NCBI GenBank assembly: GCA_053919585.1
Contig: CM132809.1
Length of the DNA: 64,000 nt
Origin: Euprymna scolopes
Taxonomy: Eukaryota
Reading direction: 5' to 3' (one strand)
The notes beneath the pieces were generated by a model. That model saw nothing but the letters and a program-made list of their open reading frames with translations, had not been told where the DNA came from and made no database searches. Below are positions 1-12,187 of this stretch, piece after piece; position 1 is the stretch's first letter, and each line of letters opens with the position of its first letter. Made by a program: the position numbers and the translations under genes.

Positions 1-99
1 ACACGGGATGATGATCTTTCGTCACCTATTACGTGTAATTATATTCGTTCATAGTGAAGTGTCGGTTACGCATTGCATAAAAGCATGGGGCGCTGCTCC

Positions 100-1135
100 A
101 TAAGTAGATGAGGAAAATATTGAAAACTTATGATCTTCCAGAAAATCTACTCCAACCAATTAGTAGGACCCATGAGAACATAAGGGCAAGAGTAATAACA
201 CCAGACGGAGAAACAGAATATTTCGATATCATTGCTGAAGTCCTTCAAGGAGACCCATTAGCACCTTACATCTTTGCCATAATACTTTACTATGTTCTAA
301 GAAAGACACTCAATGGAAAATAAGAGGAGATTGGTTTTCGTCTGCACAGACGAAAGAGCAAGCGTGTTCAACCAATTATTATTACTGATCTAGATTTACT
401 GATGACCTAACATTACAAACTGAGGAAATTACGTCTTTAGGAAACTTAAAGAGGAAGCGCAATTGGCTGGCTTGTACTGCAATGACAAAAGATCAGAGAT
501 ACATGCCTTCAATCACGTTGAACCAATTGCATTGAAAGCACTTGATGAACTCTGCTCAAGGTTGTGAAAAACTTCAAGTACCTTAGAGCATGGTTGGAGA
601 GCATTGAAAAATATTTTGAAGTAAGAAAAGTACTGGCATGGAGTGCATGGCAGAAGTTGAGGAAGATATGGATATCCACTCTCTCAGAAAAAATTGAAAG
701 TAAGACTCTTGTTGACACAGTAGAAACAGTCCTTCTCTATGGTGCTGAGGCATCGACTCTTAAAATACGCTGAAGAGACTGGATGGCTGTTACACACAGA
801 TGTTCAGGATGGCCCTAGATCCATCATGGAGGAGCCAGCCAACAAACCAACGGCTTTATGGTGACCTGTCTATAGTATCACTAACAATACAGCAGATATA
901 GATGAGAGTAGCCGATCACTGCATGAGACACAGCGAAGAGGAAGCCAGCAAGCTAGTTCGCTGGCTACCAACAGATGGGCACTCAAACCGCGGTAGAAGA
1001 AGAATGACCTACATTAACAACCTGCAACAGGACACAGGACTGGAAAATGTACAGCAGTACAGCACTTGCAAGCTGGAGAAGTCGTGTAGATTTAGTGGTA
1101 AACGGACTGAAAGACGACGGAGATGAGAGATGATA
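100..1135 (+). mobile_element. Decayed RTE-type LINE (RT and C-terminal region), 5' truncated
   Basis: Broken ORFs 108-323, 564-773 and 902-1126 give ARVITPDGETEYFDI..VLQGDPLAPYIF, a DLDF(A)DD-like motif near 387-405, NFKYL, VETVLLYGAE, and HCMRHSEEEASKLVRW..G..NRGR. The element ends in a short gagatgagagatgat tail. Confidence 0.85.
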
Positions 1136-1136
1136 T

Positions 1137-1725
1137 ACTAATGCAGATATTGTACATGATTTATACTTGCGTAATATTTTCGTAAAAAAGTGTATAGAAA
1201 ATACAAAAATATTTCTATATATATTTATGTATATGTATATTTATTTGTTTTTAAAAATTTGTTCACAAACTGCTCCTAGAGTTTTTGTTCTACAGACATG
1301 AAGCTTCACATATAAGGTATTTGAACTCATGTGAAACTTTTTATTTGGGTTTTAGCCCTGAGGAAATCAGTACAAAAGGGTGAAAGTTAAAAACAAATTA
1401 ATTTTGCCAGGTGAAGGTCGAATGCCGGCATTACGAATTTGCATGCATAGGGTAGTAGCTATTTGTTCATGTTTTCATTTTTAGCCTTGCATTAAACAAG
1501 TCTTGATAGCTAAGTCATTAACATCAGAGCAAAAAATAAATCGTAAGCTAAACGTTTTGATTTCGATTCTTAGTGGTGGCGCATTAGTCCTTTTTTAAAA
1601 ACTTTTTAAATCATTATCATATATTAGGTCCAATACAGTATAATAATAAATACAAAATCCGCGTCAATCAACATATCACATTTAAGCTTTTTTTACGATC
1701 GGGAAATGCCTGGGGCGCTGCTCGT
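1137..1725 (+). mobile_element. Non-autonomous Helitron-like element, family H1 (degenerate)
   Basis: The 5' part (atgcagatattgtacatgat...; ttttgttctacagacatgaagctt) matches the reverse complement of 54395-54555. It ends in a GC-rich weak hairpin followed by ctcgt, a degenerate CTAGT. Confidence 0.5.
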
Positions 1726-2811
1726 AATATATGAACAGCGAGTTTTTTATTAACGAGCTATTTGATAATTATTATTCGCCGCCCTTTAAAGCTGAGGAAG
1801 ATTTTATGAAAATCGCTAGCCTTAACATTTGGATCATGCCTTCTATGTGGAAACGACTTTTTTACGCATGGTTAGTGTTTGAATAGAACTGCATTATTGA
1901 TCTAATGGTAGCTGTGGTACATTTATTAGCGTTTTGGTATTTGGTCTGCGCTAATAATATTTATGTATTTATTTATTTATAGTGTTTAATATGCCATATG
2001 TAATAAGAAGAAATAACACATCCAGTATACAGAATTGTTCCTCGAAATTTAATAATAAAGACAGCCGAGCCAGATGTGTTCTGGACTCGATAGCGTTTGT
2101 ATCTGTTTGGTATAATATGTCCTGGCTTGCGATAAAACCATACTCAGTTATAGTTTTTGTGTGCTTCATACAAAGTGATAACGTTTATCAATCTTCTATG
2201 AAGAAATATCATTACACTATTATGTACCATGACTAAGAAACCAAATGTGTTCTTAGTAATGCTGATGGCGACTTTCTGCGAGCTTGGTGCACATAAACTT
2301 CATATTGTAACCTCAACTTCTAAAACATTCTCTATAGCTGTTACACGCATTGTCAACCTTGGCGCGGAAGGATAAAAGTAGATTGTTCGAAATACACCAT
2401 TGTTCATTAAGAAAAATAATTTTCAAAAAAAAAAATTACCCTGTTATTATTCCGCGCTTCACCATTAATAAGAGAAAATTTCGATCCGAGTGAAAGGGAG
2501 GGGGTGGCATTACGGTGAGTCGTCTCAATCAGCGCACTCGCTGAAGGAAAGAAAAGTGAAAATAAAAAACGAAATTTCTTGTAACAATGTGAACATTTTT
2601 TTTCTTTTGTGTGCGTGTTTATTATGTTCGGCTAAATAAGGTTGGCCTCTAGATAGCCAATGAGATTCTGAAAGAAAACCTTACCGAGAACGGAAACTGA
2701 TTGGATATTGTGGACCCCAAAAAAAGAAATCCAATACCGGATTTATCGCAGCGGATTTTTTTAGCTAGTTTATAAAACACTCCAGTCTTTTACAGATATG
2801 AATATTTCAAG

Positions 2812-3125
2812 CATACACAGACACTAAAATACACACTAGCACAGGAACACACTAACACGCACACTTACATTAAGACGCACACATTTAACACACACACATA
2901 AGAACACACACTACGTACACAGGCACTAAGACACACGAACTAACACACTAACACACACAAACTAACAAACACACTAACACACACACGTGCACACAAACAC
3001 ACACTAACACACATACACACTAGTGCACAAATACACATACACTCATGGACAAGCACTGACACACACTTGCACACACGCACTAACACACCACACACACTTA
3101 CAAGCACACACTAGCACACAAACAG
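2812..3125. repeat. Degenerate CA-rich minisatellite (acacacta-type units)
   Basis: Repeated acacacta/acacacac variants over about 310 bp. Confidence 0.8.
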
Positions 3126-3281
3126 GGCTGTTGGGTCGTAAACATGGTCCATCATCAGAAACACATGTAACCAAACCGATAAAACGACAATAAAAAATAA
3201 AACACATATTTGCTCTGCATTAGTATTGAGCACTCTCTTCAGGTTTTTACTAATTACCAGTTTTACTACATATATATATAT

Positions 3282-3335
<54 letters not shown>

Positions 3336-3446
3336 AGTTATAAAATATATATGGCGATTAAGCTACCCTGAATATTTATCCACTCTAGTACTCTTCAGGC
3401 TAATGCGTGTATTTTGTTGTTGTCTGTCATTTTTATATACGCAAAC

Positions 3447-3504
<58 letters not shown>

Positions 3505-4507
3505 GCACCTTCTATTGAGATTTTAGTTAGCCAATCAGCTTTCTAGTATCCACCGCACCNNNNNNNNNNNNNNNNNNNNNNNNNNNNNNNNNNNNNNNNN
3601 NNNNNNNNNNNNNNNNNNNNNNNNNNNNNNNNNNNNNNNNNNNNNNNNNNNNNNNNNNNNNNNNNNNNNNNNNNNNNNNNNNNNNNNNNNNNNNCTATAA
3701 TCTGCTTACCTTCATTCTGTCTTTGTGTTTCTCCTCCTCAACACTCACACTGCAGATCGGAGAATATTACTTTGTATGATGATATTGAGCCGTTGTGTTA
3801 TTTATATGAAAAATTTCATAGGTGTTATCTATTTATTTTATTATTAGTGTGACTGTTTATAAACAGATTAACATATAGAAACGGAGAAAATTTGAGCAAA
3901 AGAAATGCACAAGTAAGATTAACATGACGTGTAGATTATGAGATAAAGGTCGACAATATCTCTTTAGGAAGGATCAATGTGATATCTGTATAGTTAGTAA
4001 GCAATGGTTATTTTTATAGTGCGTTTTATTTGTATATGCCAATCATTATGTAATATTAAATTAGAAAACATGCACGCATTTCGCGTGGTAAATTATTGAG
4101 ATAAACGGCTCACAGAAAGAAATATTAATTCACTTAGATTTTCTATTATAACAGATACATAAATAAATACTATTATTCAAGTTATCACTAGTGCTAGGAC
4201 AACAACTTTTTTCACTGTTTTGACTCTCGAGTGTGTATCCGTTGATAGCTTATATTCTTTTATATAGAGTGAAGTGGTTCTCGGTTGATACACTCTGATT
4301 AACTTTGACGGATATATTCTAAAATGTAATAACAATGATAAGATTATACTGCTGTCATCACTTTCAAGCGGAAGTGGAACGCCCAGCTTTTTCCCGGTCG
4401 TAAAATACGCTTACATATGATATTTTAATTTGTCTTGATATCGTATATATTATCATTGAATCATTATGTTGAAAGTAAAAAAAAAAGTATTTGTTAGCCA
4501 CCAGCTA

Positions 4508-5729
4508 CGAGGGCCGTGCAATAAGTAATGGCCCACTTCCCATAGGAGTAGAGCAACGAAACTTGGCACAGTTATTAGTCTTTTTTCTATATAGGAACCA
4601 CCCAGAGTTATTCATTTTTCCCATCGTTTGATGCAGCTCTGGAGACCGTTTTTGTAGAACACCCACGGTTGGTCCCCCAACCACGACGTGACTTCAGAAA
4701 TCAAGGCTGCATCATCTGAGAAACGCTTTCCTTTCAAAAACAACTTCATGGCTGGGTAGAGGTGAAAGTCAGAGGGGGCAAGGTTAGGAGAGTAGGGAGG
4801 ATGGGGTAGGATTTCATAACCACACGCCCGTGCTGATCTTGCCCCGCCTCTTGATTTTGATAGCTTCCCTTAATTTCGTAAAAAAGTGAAGCACAATAGG
4901 CTCAAGTAATTGTGGTACTCTTTGCAACGAAATCTATCATCACTACTCCGTCCTGGTCCCAGAAGACTGTGAGCATGACCTTACAAGCGGAGGACTTCAC
5001 CCTTGCCTTCTTTGGAGGTGGTGAGTCCAAGTGCTTCCACTGCATTCACTGAGCTTTGGTCTCTGGATCATAGGAATAGGCACAGCTTTCATCCTGCGTA
5101 ATAAGTCTTTTGAAAAAATTGACTCATCTTCTTGGCACATCTCCAAATTCATCCTCGAGCACTCGACGCGTTCTCGCTTCTGGAATGGTGTGAGCAACCT
5201 AGGAATTCATCTGGCAGACACCTTATGCATATGCAAATGGTCATAAATGATAGTTTCCACAGACCCTGAACTAATCTTGACATCTTGGGCTATTTGACGA
5301 ATAGTAATGCGCCGATCTTCCAAAATGGTAGCCTTAACTTGACGGACAGATACCTCGTCAATGGCAGAAGGGAAGAGTGACCAGGTCTTGAAGCTGTTTC
5401 CACAAACTTCCGGCCATGTTTTTATTCAAGATGCCAGCGGTTTACAAGGTCATATGATGGGATATTATCACCATAAGTTTCTTTAATTTCATCAAAAATC
5501 TCCTGTGGTGTGCGTTCTTTCAAATACAAAAACCGGATCCCTACTCGACATTCAACAGGCACATTACACCTGACTCAGTTCAAACAGCTGTACAACAGAA
5601 ACCACAATTAGTTCAGAGCTGTAATTTGCCACATAACCCGTAGAGATATAAACCATTGCACATACAAAATTTCAACTAGATCAGACAACTTGAAATGGGG
5701 CAGGGGCATTACTTATAGCAGGCCCCTCG
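4508..5729 (-). mobile_element. Mariner (Tc1/mariner superfamily) DNA transposon with both TIRs, non-functional
   Basis: Left end ta|cgagggccgtgcaataagtaatggccc and right end gggcattacttatagcaggcccctcg|ta are imperfect inverted repeats with TA target duplications at 4506-07 and 5730-31. Confidence 0.93.
4576..5565 (-). pseudogene. Mariner transposase pseudogene
   Basis: The minus strand gives PVECRVGIRFLYLKERTPQEIFDEIKETYG, WIPRLLTPFQKRERV (WVPHEL-type motif), EILPHPPYSPNLAPSDFH and RWEK*ITLGGSYIEK. It contains frameshifts, and I could not find the HDNA segment. Confidence 0.9.
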
Positions 5730-8700
5730 TAGAATCGAAACAGAAGCGTTTATAGCTGGAAACGTAACCACTGTACCAACTTGACACGTATATAAACAGA
5801 TTACAAATTATAAATTAAGAATAAACTAAGATTAATATACCAAATGTTCAAGGCCTTTTTTTTTAATGTAGACCCATTTTTCACCCCTTAAAACATTTTA
5901 AACCAGTTAATAACCTAAGGAAGAACGGGCCGTAAAAAATCTAATTATAGACATCCCTATCGCCGCTCTGCGACTGCGGAGAAAATGATTTTGAACATAG
6001 GGAAACAGACAGACACACAGGCACACAGAGACATATAGCTGTTTATACATTAGATTAATACAGAATAGTATTTTGAAATCATTAAACGTTTCTTAAAATA
6101 TTTTTAAAGAAACTCATGAAAAATAGGTACAGGGAGCATAAGCAAGAGTTTAGAAATGCAGTAGGGTCTCTGTCTAGTAGACTTTTATCTTTCTCCCTCT
6201 CCCTCTTTATCTCTCTCTTTTTCTCTCTCCCTCTCTCTCTCTCTCTCTATCTATCTATCCATTGCTTTAACTTCTTCTCTTTCTCTCTTATATTGTTGTT
6301 CCCGGTAGTCAAACGAAGATATAACCCCGAACGATACTCTGCTCCCTGTGATATAAGATACGGATGTTTATGTTGAGTTGTAGATACCTTCCGTAGTCAA
6401 CGTTTTGAGACAGGTGAATCGGCGTATGGTTGTCGTTATCGATTGTTTGCAAAGCAAATTCCCAGGGTGAATTCAGATCAAACTTTATGATGTAACATGT
6501 CGAAATAAGCTAAATAGAACGAAATATTATTCATGCAATACATATTGGGATTAGCCGTGAAATACAAGATTATAAGCAGGAGGAAACAGTTAGCAGTAAG
6601 GTATTTCTAGAAAACTGCAGTTCTTAGAAGAAGCTACTGGGATAGGTATATTTGCTATAACATAATAGTGGAACAATAAACTGATGAAGAGCGCTATAAA
6701 TAAAGCCGGGAGTATTTCAGTCATTTATAAAATAAAAAAAACACATACCGTATCAGTACTTATAAAGGAGTCTGGCTTTAACATCATCTGGTCTGCGAGA
6801 GAAAGACAATGAAAAGAAGAGGAAAAGGTGGGAGAACCAAATTACAGATACGCTTCTGAACTTTACCAAGTTGCCTTAAATTGCATAGATATTTTCCACT
6901 CGAAGGGAGGGATCAGGTATTGGAGCTCAGCCCAACACATTATAACAAAATAACAAAAGTGTGAAGAATATGTCATTTCTTGTATTGATTTCGAGTTAAT
7001 AAATCTGAAATCCAGGAAACGCTGGGTACTTCCTCCAGTAGATAATAACCGAACGGAAACGATGGAATAAAAATGGCCTAAAATACACAAGGGAAATGAA
7101 AGCGCCTTCAACAAAAAACGAAAGACGTAAATAAAGAATTGAACGAAACGCAAGAACCTATATTATGAATAGTTTATCGAATCTATATTTCTAGCCAAGC
7201 GAATAACACTGATTTGTGTGAGTATTGTTAAACTATAAGATATATTTAAACTATGAAAGCAGACATCAAGCAATCAATAATGCTAGGTGCTCTATCAACG
7301 GGATTCATTGTATCGTTCGTTTCAAACGAGACTGTCTACAATTGATGGCATTAAGAGAATGCCGCGGTGGAAGGCAAAAATAGTTTGTGAAAGCGAAAAG
7401 ATCTGTTGAAATGCTTAAAAGATGCGCCAGAAAAAAAACGTGTATTAAAAGCGGTTTACATGACGACAATAATGTAAATGATCTACAAACATTATGTTAA
7501 CAGATGTGAAAAATACATCAGCCTCAGTTTGAGACATATTTTTGATGAAGCACCAATAGAGACGATTACATCATATCGTATGACTCAGATGATTCTATTG
7601 TCGACATGATATTTTCCTAGTTAGAATTCTAGAAAGCGAGCAGGTATTTATGAAAGGACCTCATGAAAGTTGCCAACATCCAAAGTGAAAATGATTTTGT
7701 TGAACAAACTGGATTCGAACTTGAAACACCCACGTCATCAGTCCGTGTCGTTAACCACATGACTGCTAGTACCTTCCCCAAAGATGATTAAGATGCGTAC
7801 CTTTTGTCTACGCGTTTAGCACTAACAGTGTTCATTTAATTCTTCCGGCTACTTTTCGTATCTTGTGTTGTTTTTATACCATTTTCACAACGTTTCGGCC
7901 GATGTAATCTCTGACTTTCTTTAGATTTATTTTGTCGAATTCGAGAATTTTTTTATGTCTGCACAGCGTTTCTAACGGAACAATTTATTTTATCCATGGG
8001 TTGTTGAATGTTCTCGTTCCGTCATAAGCCTGCTCAGAAATTTTATGCGATTCGCCATTAGATTTTTATTAATAGCCACACTGCAAGTGCTCGTGGCAAG
8101 TGCTTTGCCAAATTTCCCGTAATGGATTGAGCTCTTCGGTTTTAGCAATGGCAGTCCATGTAATTATGTGAACATATTATGTAAACCAGCACTCACAATT
8201 TTTACTGGTTATCATACACCACTTAGATAAAATACTTGATAAACGAAAAAAAAAAAACAAGTTTTATAATTTTGTAAAGTTATTCAATTCCTTGTTATAC
8301 TTGAATTGAACGTCATGTTTAATTACAGAAGAGTTTTCATTTTATAGCGATTCTCTACAAGTCGAGAACATGAAGAGTGTTCGATGGGTAGTTTTACTGT
8401 ATAAGTCCTTGAAATAAAGAGTTTTCGGTGGCTAGCTATTCTGTAGGAGATTCGGAATTTAAAGATTTGCAACAGATCTTTCTCATGTGGACACGGAAAA
8501 ATAAGAAAAAAAGTAAGAATGCTGAAAGATTCACTATTTTATAAAGCAATTTCGGTTAAGATTATTTTCTAGCAATTTGATTGGTCAGTTTCTATCTGCA
8601 GTGTCTACAAGTAGAACGTTTTAAGATTCTGTAATCATAGTCCCATTACAGTAAAAATAGTGCAACATGTATCCTGTTCGGGATCACTTTAAACTAACTA

Positions 8701-9361
8701 AAAAAAGTTTTAAAAAAGAACTAAGAACATTTTTTATATAGAGTTTGTCTAATAAGCCAATAGAAAGCATTAACTTTCTGAGTTCTTTCTTCTCTACTCA
8801 TTACGAACGCGCCGCAATGGAATTGAATATAAAAAGCAAAGCACGACATTAAATGGTTGATTAGTTTGCTTATAAAATCAATTGAAACCAATCACTCTAA
8901 TCTGCTTTTGTTTTGTTTTCATCGATGTGTTACTAAGTAGGTGACAAAAGAAAGATAAACGTTTATTGGGAAAACAGTTGATCTTCCCGTTTTTTTAGGT
9001 CTTTTTTTATGAAATCGATGTTGAATCTGGTTGCAGTATATCGAGATTGTACGGAAAACGTAAACAGATTTCGAATCATATACTTTATCTGGAAATGTTA
9101 TCAATTAATGATAAAGTATATCTCGCAAATCCGGACATGCTAGATCATAATATAAAAGTAGAGAGCTATATAAACATACTAGCTTAAAGTTTTCTGGTCT
9201 TAAAATACCTATAAATATGATATTTTAATTCAAAAAGAAACTGAGACATTTGCATGCGAGTATTATGTATTTTTTGTCTAAAGAGTTACCTTTTTCTATC
9301 TAACAAAATACGCGAGTTGATATCGAAATCAAAGCTAAAACATAGTGAGTAAAGTACGATA

Positions 9362-9722
9362 ACTATTAGGCCAGCTTGGCACCTGTTTAAACAGTTTTTT
9401 AAAAACTACTTATTCTTTATATAAGTAATCTGTAATAATAAGGTTTCACGCATGCGCATTCGTGAAACATTTAGAAAACATATACAAATCAAACAACCCC
9501 CACGTATCCATTTTTAAATTTTTACCCCTTAGCAGCCATTTTTTCGAATAAAAATCGAATATAAAGTTTTCCATATGCCTGAAAATCCGAATAATAAATT
9601 TCAAAATAAGTCAAAAATTCGTTAAGAATATAGGTTGAGAAGTACAGTCACACACATGCACAAACTCACACACAATCTCTCTCTTTCTCTCTCTTTCTCT
9701 ATTACTTTTACAGATATATAGA
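9362..9722 (-). mobile_element. Non-autonomous Helitron-like element (degenerate)
   Basis: The minus strand begins a|TCtatatatctgtaaaag followed by GA/GT microsatellite, and ends in a GC-rich weak hairpin plus atagt. Confidence 0.4.
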
Positions 9723-9886
9723 TGAGAAAAGAGTGAATTGATTAAGTCTGATATTAAAACAGTAAAAATGAAAATGTTTATACAATAACTGTTGCTTTTA
9801 CACCAGCATTGCTTCCAATAAAGCCTTCATCAAGCGATGACTCTGGGTTTTAGGCATGGTTTCGTGGTCGAAGCATTCTTACCACA

Positions 9887-11390
9887 TTTTTTTTAATTAC
9901 ATTATTCACTCCAAACAAGGCACATTGCAACTTTGGTGCAGGGGGCTACTATCAGGGGCAGCAACTACTGGGGTACTATGTTGGGATTTGGGCAGCAAGA
10001 TGTCGGTTCACGTTGCACTTGAACTTCTGCATGTCATTGCAGTGAGGGAAGCAGGCACCTGGAATGGAATTCCAGAGTCTAGCGGTTCTGGGGAAGAAAC
10101 TACTGGAGTAGAAAGATCTTTTACATCTAGGGATCTCTACTGTGTGGGGTGGGATTTAGCTGCCTGTCGGGTTTGTAGAGCGTGTCTACGTCGCGGGGAG
10201 ACAATTGCCTGCAGTTCGTCAGAGCATTCACCATTAAAATACTTGTAGAACAGGCAGAGCGATACAACGTTTCGTCGATGGGACAGAGGCTGAAGCTTAG
10301 ATGCCAGTTCAGGGCCTATCAGATTGACGACTCTCTTTTGAACCTTGTCTAGGAGCGAGAGACTAGTAGCAGATGCACCGGCCTAAATGTGACAATACTC
10401 CATACATGGGCGAATGGTGGCCTTATAGAGGTACAGGATACTTTCAGGTGTCAGCAGTTTTCTAGCACGGTAGAGAGCCTACCTTTTTCGCAGCGGCCCT
10501 GGCAATGTTTTCAATATAATTGTTCCAACTCATGTTTCCTGTGAACGTAAGGCCAAGCAGTTTGAAAGATATACTCTCAGTCAGGGAGTCACTGGCCATT
10601 GCTATTGGTGGCAGAGAAGGTTTCTTGTAATGATTGAAGGAAAATAGTTTAGTCTTGGCAGCATTGAATGTGACCATCGACATATGTCCCCATTCCACTA
10701 CAGATTGGAGGTCATCCTCTAGTGTTTTTGCCATTTCTTAGATATGTGTTCGTTTGTTTTCCTGTCATGCCTGTTATAGAGTGTAGTGTTATCAGCATAT
10801 AAACCCATCTCAGAGGCAGTTTTGTCGGGGAAGTCAGTAATAAATATTAGGTACAACAGAGGTCCAGCACTCCCGCATTTATATCACACTGTTTAGATGT
10901 TCGACCGTCGAGGACAACCTGGATTTTTCTCTTATCTAAGAAGGATTTAATTATGCTAAGAATTCTACCACTGATACCGTATGATTTAATTTTCCTGAGG
11001 AGACCCTTGTGCCATACCCTGTCAAAAGCCTTAGATATATCAAGAGCTAGCGCTCTGCCCTCCCCCGCTTTGTCCAGTGAATGGTATATACGTTCAGAGA
11101 TTACAGTGAGGATGTCAGCTGTGGAACGGGCTTGTCTAAATCCATATTGTTTGTCAGTCAGAAGTTTAGCATCTGTAAGGTGCCGGACTAGAGCATGGTT
11201 AATTATGGTCTCAAATATTTTGGCGAAAAGTGGGAGGAGGCTAATGGGGCGATAATTTGATGGGTCAGTTCTTTCGCCAGAATTCTTGAATATTGGTACC
11301 ACAGAAGCAGTTTTCCAACAGCCCGGAAAGCATGATTCATTAAGGCATTTGTTGTAGAGTTTGGAGAGAACTGGAGCTACTTCGGCTGAG
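9887..11390 (-). mobile_element. CR1/Jockey-group LINE, family A, 5' truncated
   Basis: ORF 10847-11302 has VPIFKNSGERTDPSNYRPISLLP..QYGFR..LDISKAFDRVWHKGL. A YAD motif lies near 10790-10800, followed by FNAAKTK, LLGLTF, IRPCMEYCHI and LQPLSHRRNV. A poly(T) (tail on the minus strand) sits at 9887-9894, and caca flanks both ends. Confidence 0.92.
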
Positions 11391-12187
11391 CACAGATTTT
11401 AATATCTTTCCAACTTACGCTGATGTGCCGAGTCAATTTTTCCCCAAAATGGAACCGATAATTCAGCAAAAAAATTTCAAATTAAATGGTGGTATCCGGA
11501 CACTGATCCGTTAACATGAAATACGAGCCGGTGTTGTAAGTCGATGACACTGTGCCAGTCCGTGCAACTATCAAACAATGGCGATCTTTGTCTATTTCTA
11601 CATAAGGATTTGCGATTATTTCCTTCTTTAACGAAGTGAATGGCTCTACTATCTTTAACTGTATTAGTGGTCACACAACACATTTTCGCAGCTTCCGCAA
11701 CAATCTTCAATACTTCATTATGTCTTCAGGTGTAGCTTCTTAGAGAATGCTCGCATTCAGTGAGAATCTTTTTGAGATTGTCAGTTTTCCCACATGGTTA
11801 GCAGTTTTCCCACATCGATCGAATGTAGTTCACCCGTAGGCATGAAAGTTTATCTGCTGTGGGTAAGACATGTTTGGCTGCTGTTATAAAAAAGCGTTAT
11901 TGTTTAGGCCCCATATATTTGAGGTCGCGCCATGTAATTTCACCGCGCTCTCCCGCGTAGTCCACGCGCCTTGTTTACTTTGAACTTCAGCTGTAGCAAT
12001 ACGCTTGACTTCTTCAAGATCATGGATTTTTCCAAAACCATTTTCCTCTGTTTATAGCGCGTTCTTTTGACCCCCATTGTTTAAGCCCTATACACGCTTT
12101 CCCGCACACAAAGGAACCGACTATTTCTTGCATTTTTAGGACCGATTCTGTATCTTCTTCTGCTGGTTTTGCTTTCTATTTTCGGCC

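Noticed and set aside
8570-8900. Cluster of CCAAT boxes (also at 2650-2740)
   Set aside because: Short motifs expected by chance in AT-rich DNA, with no linked transcription unit.
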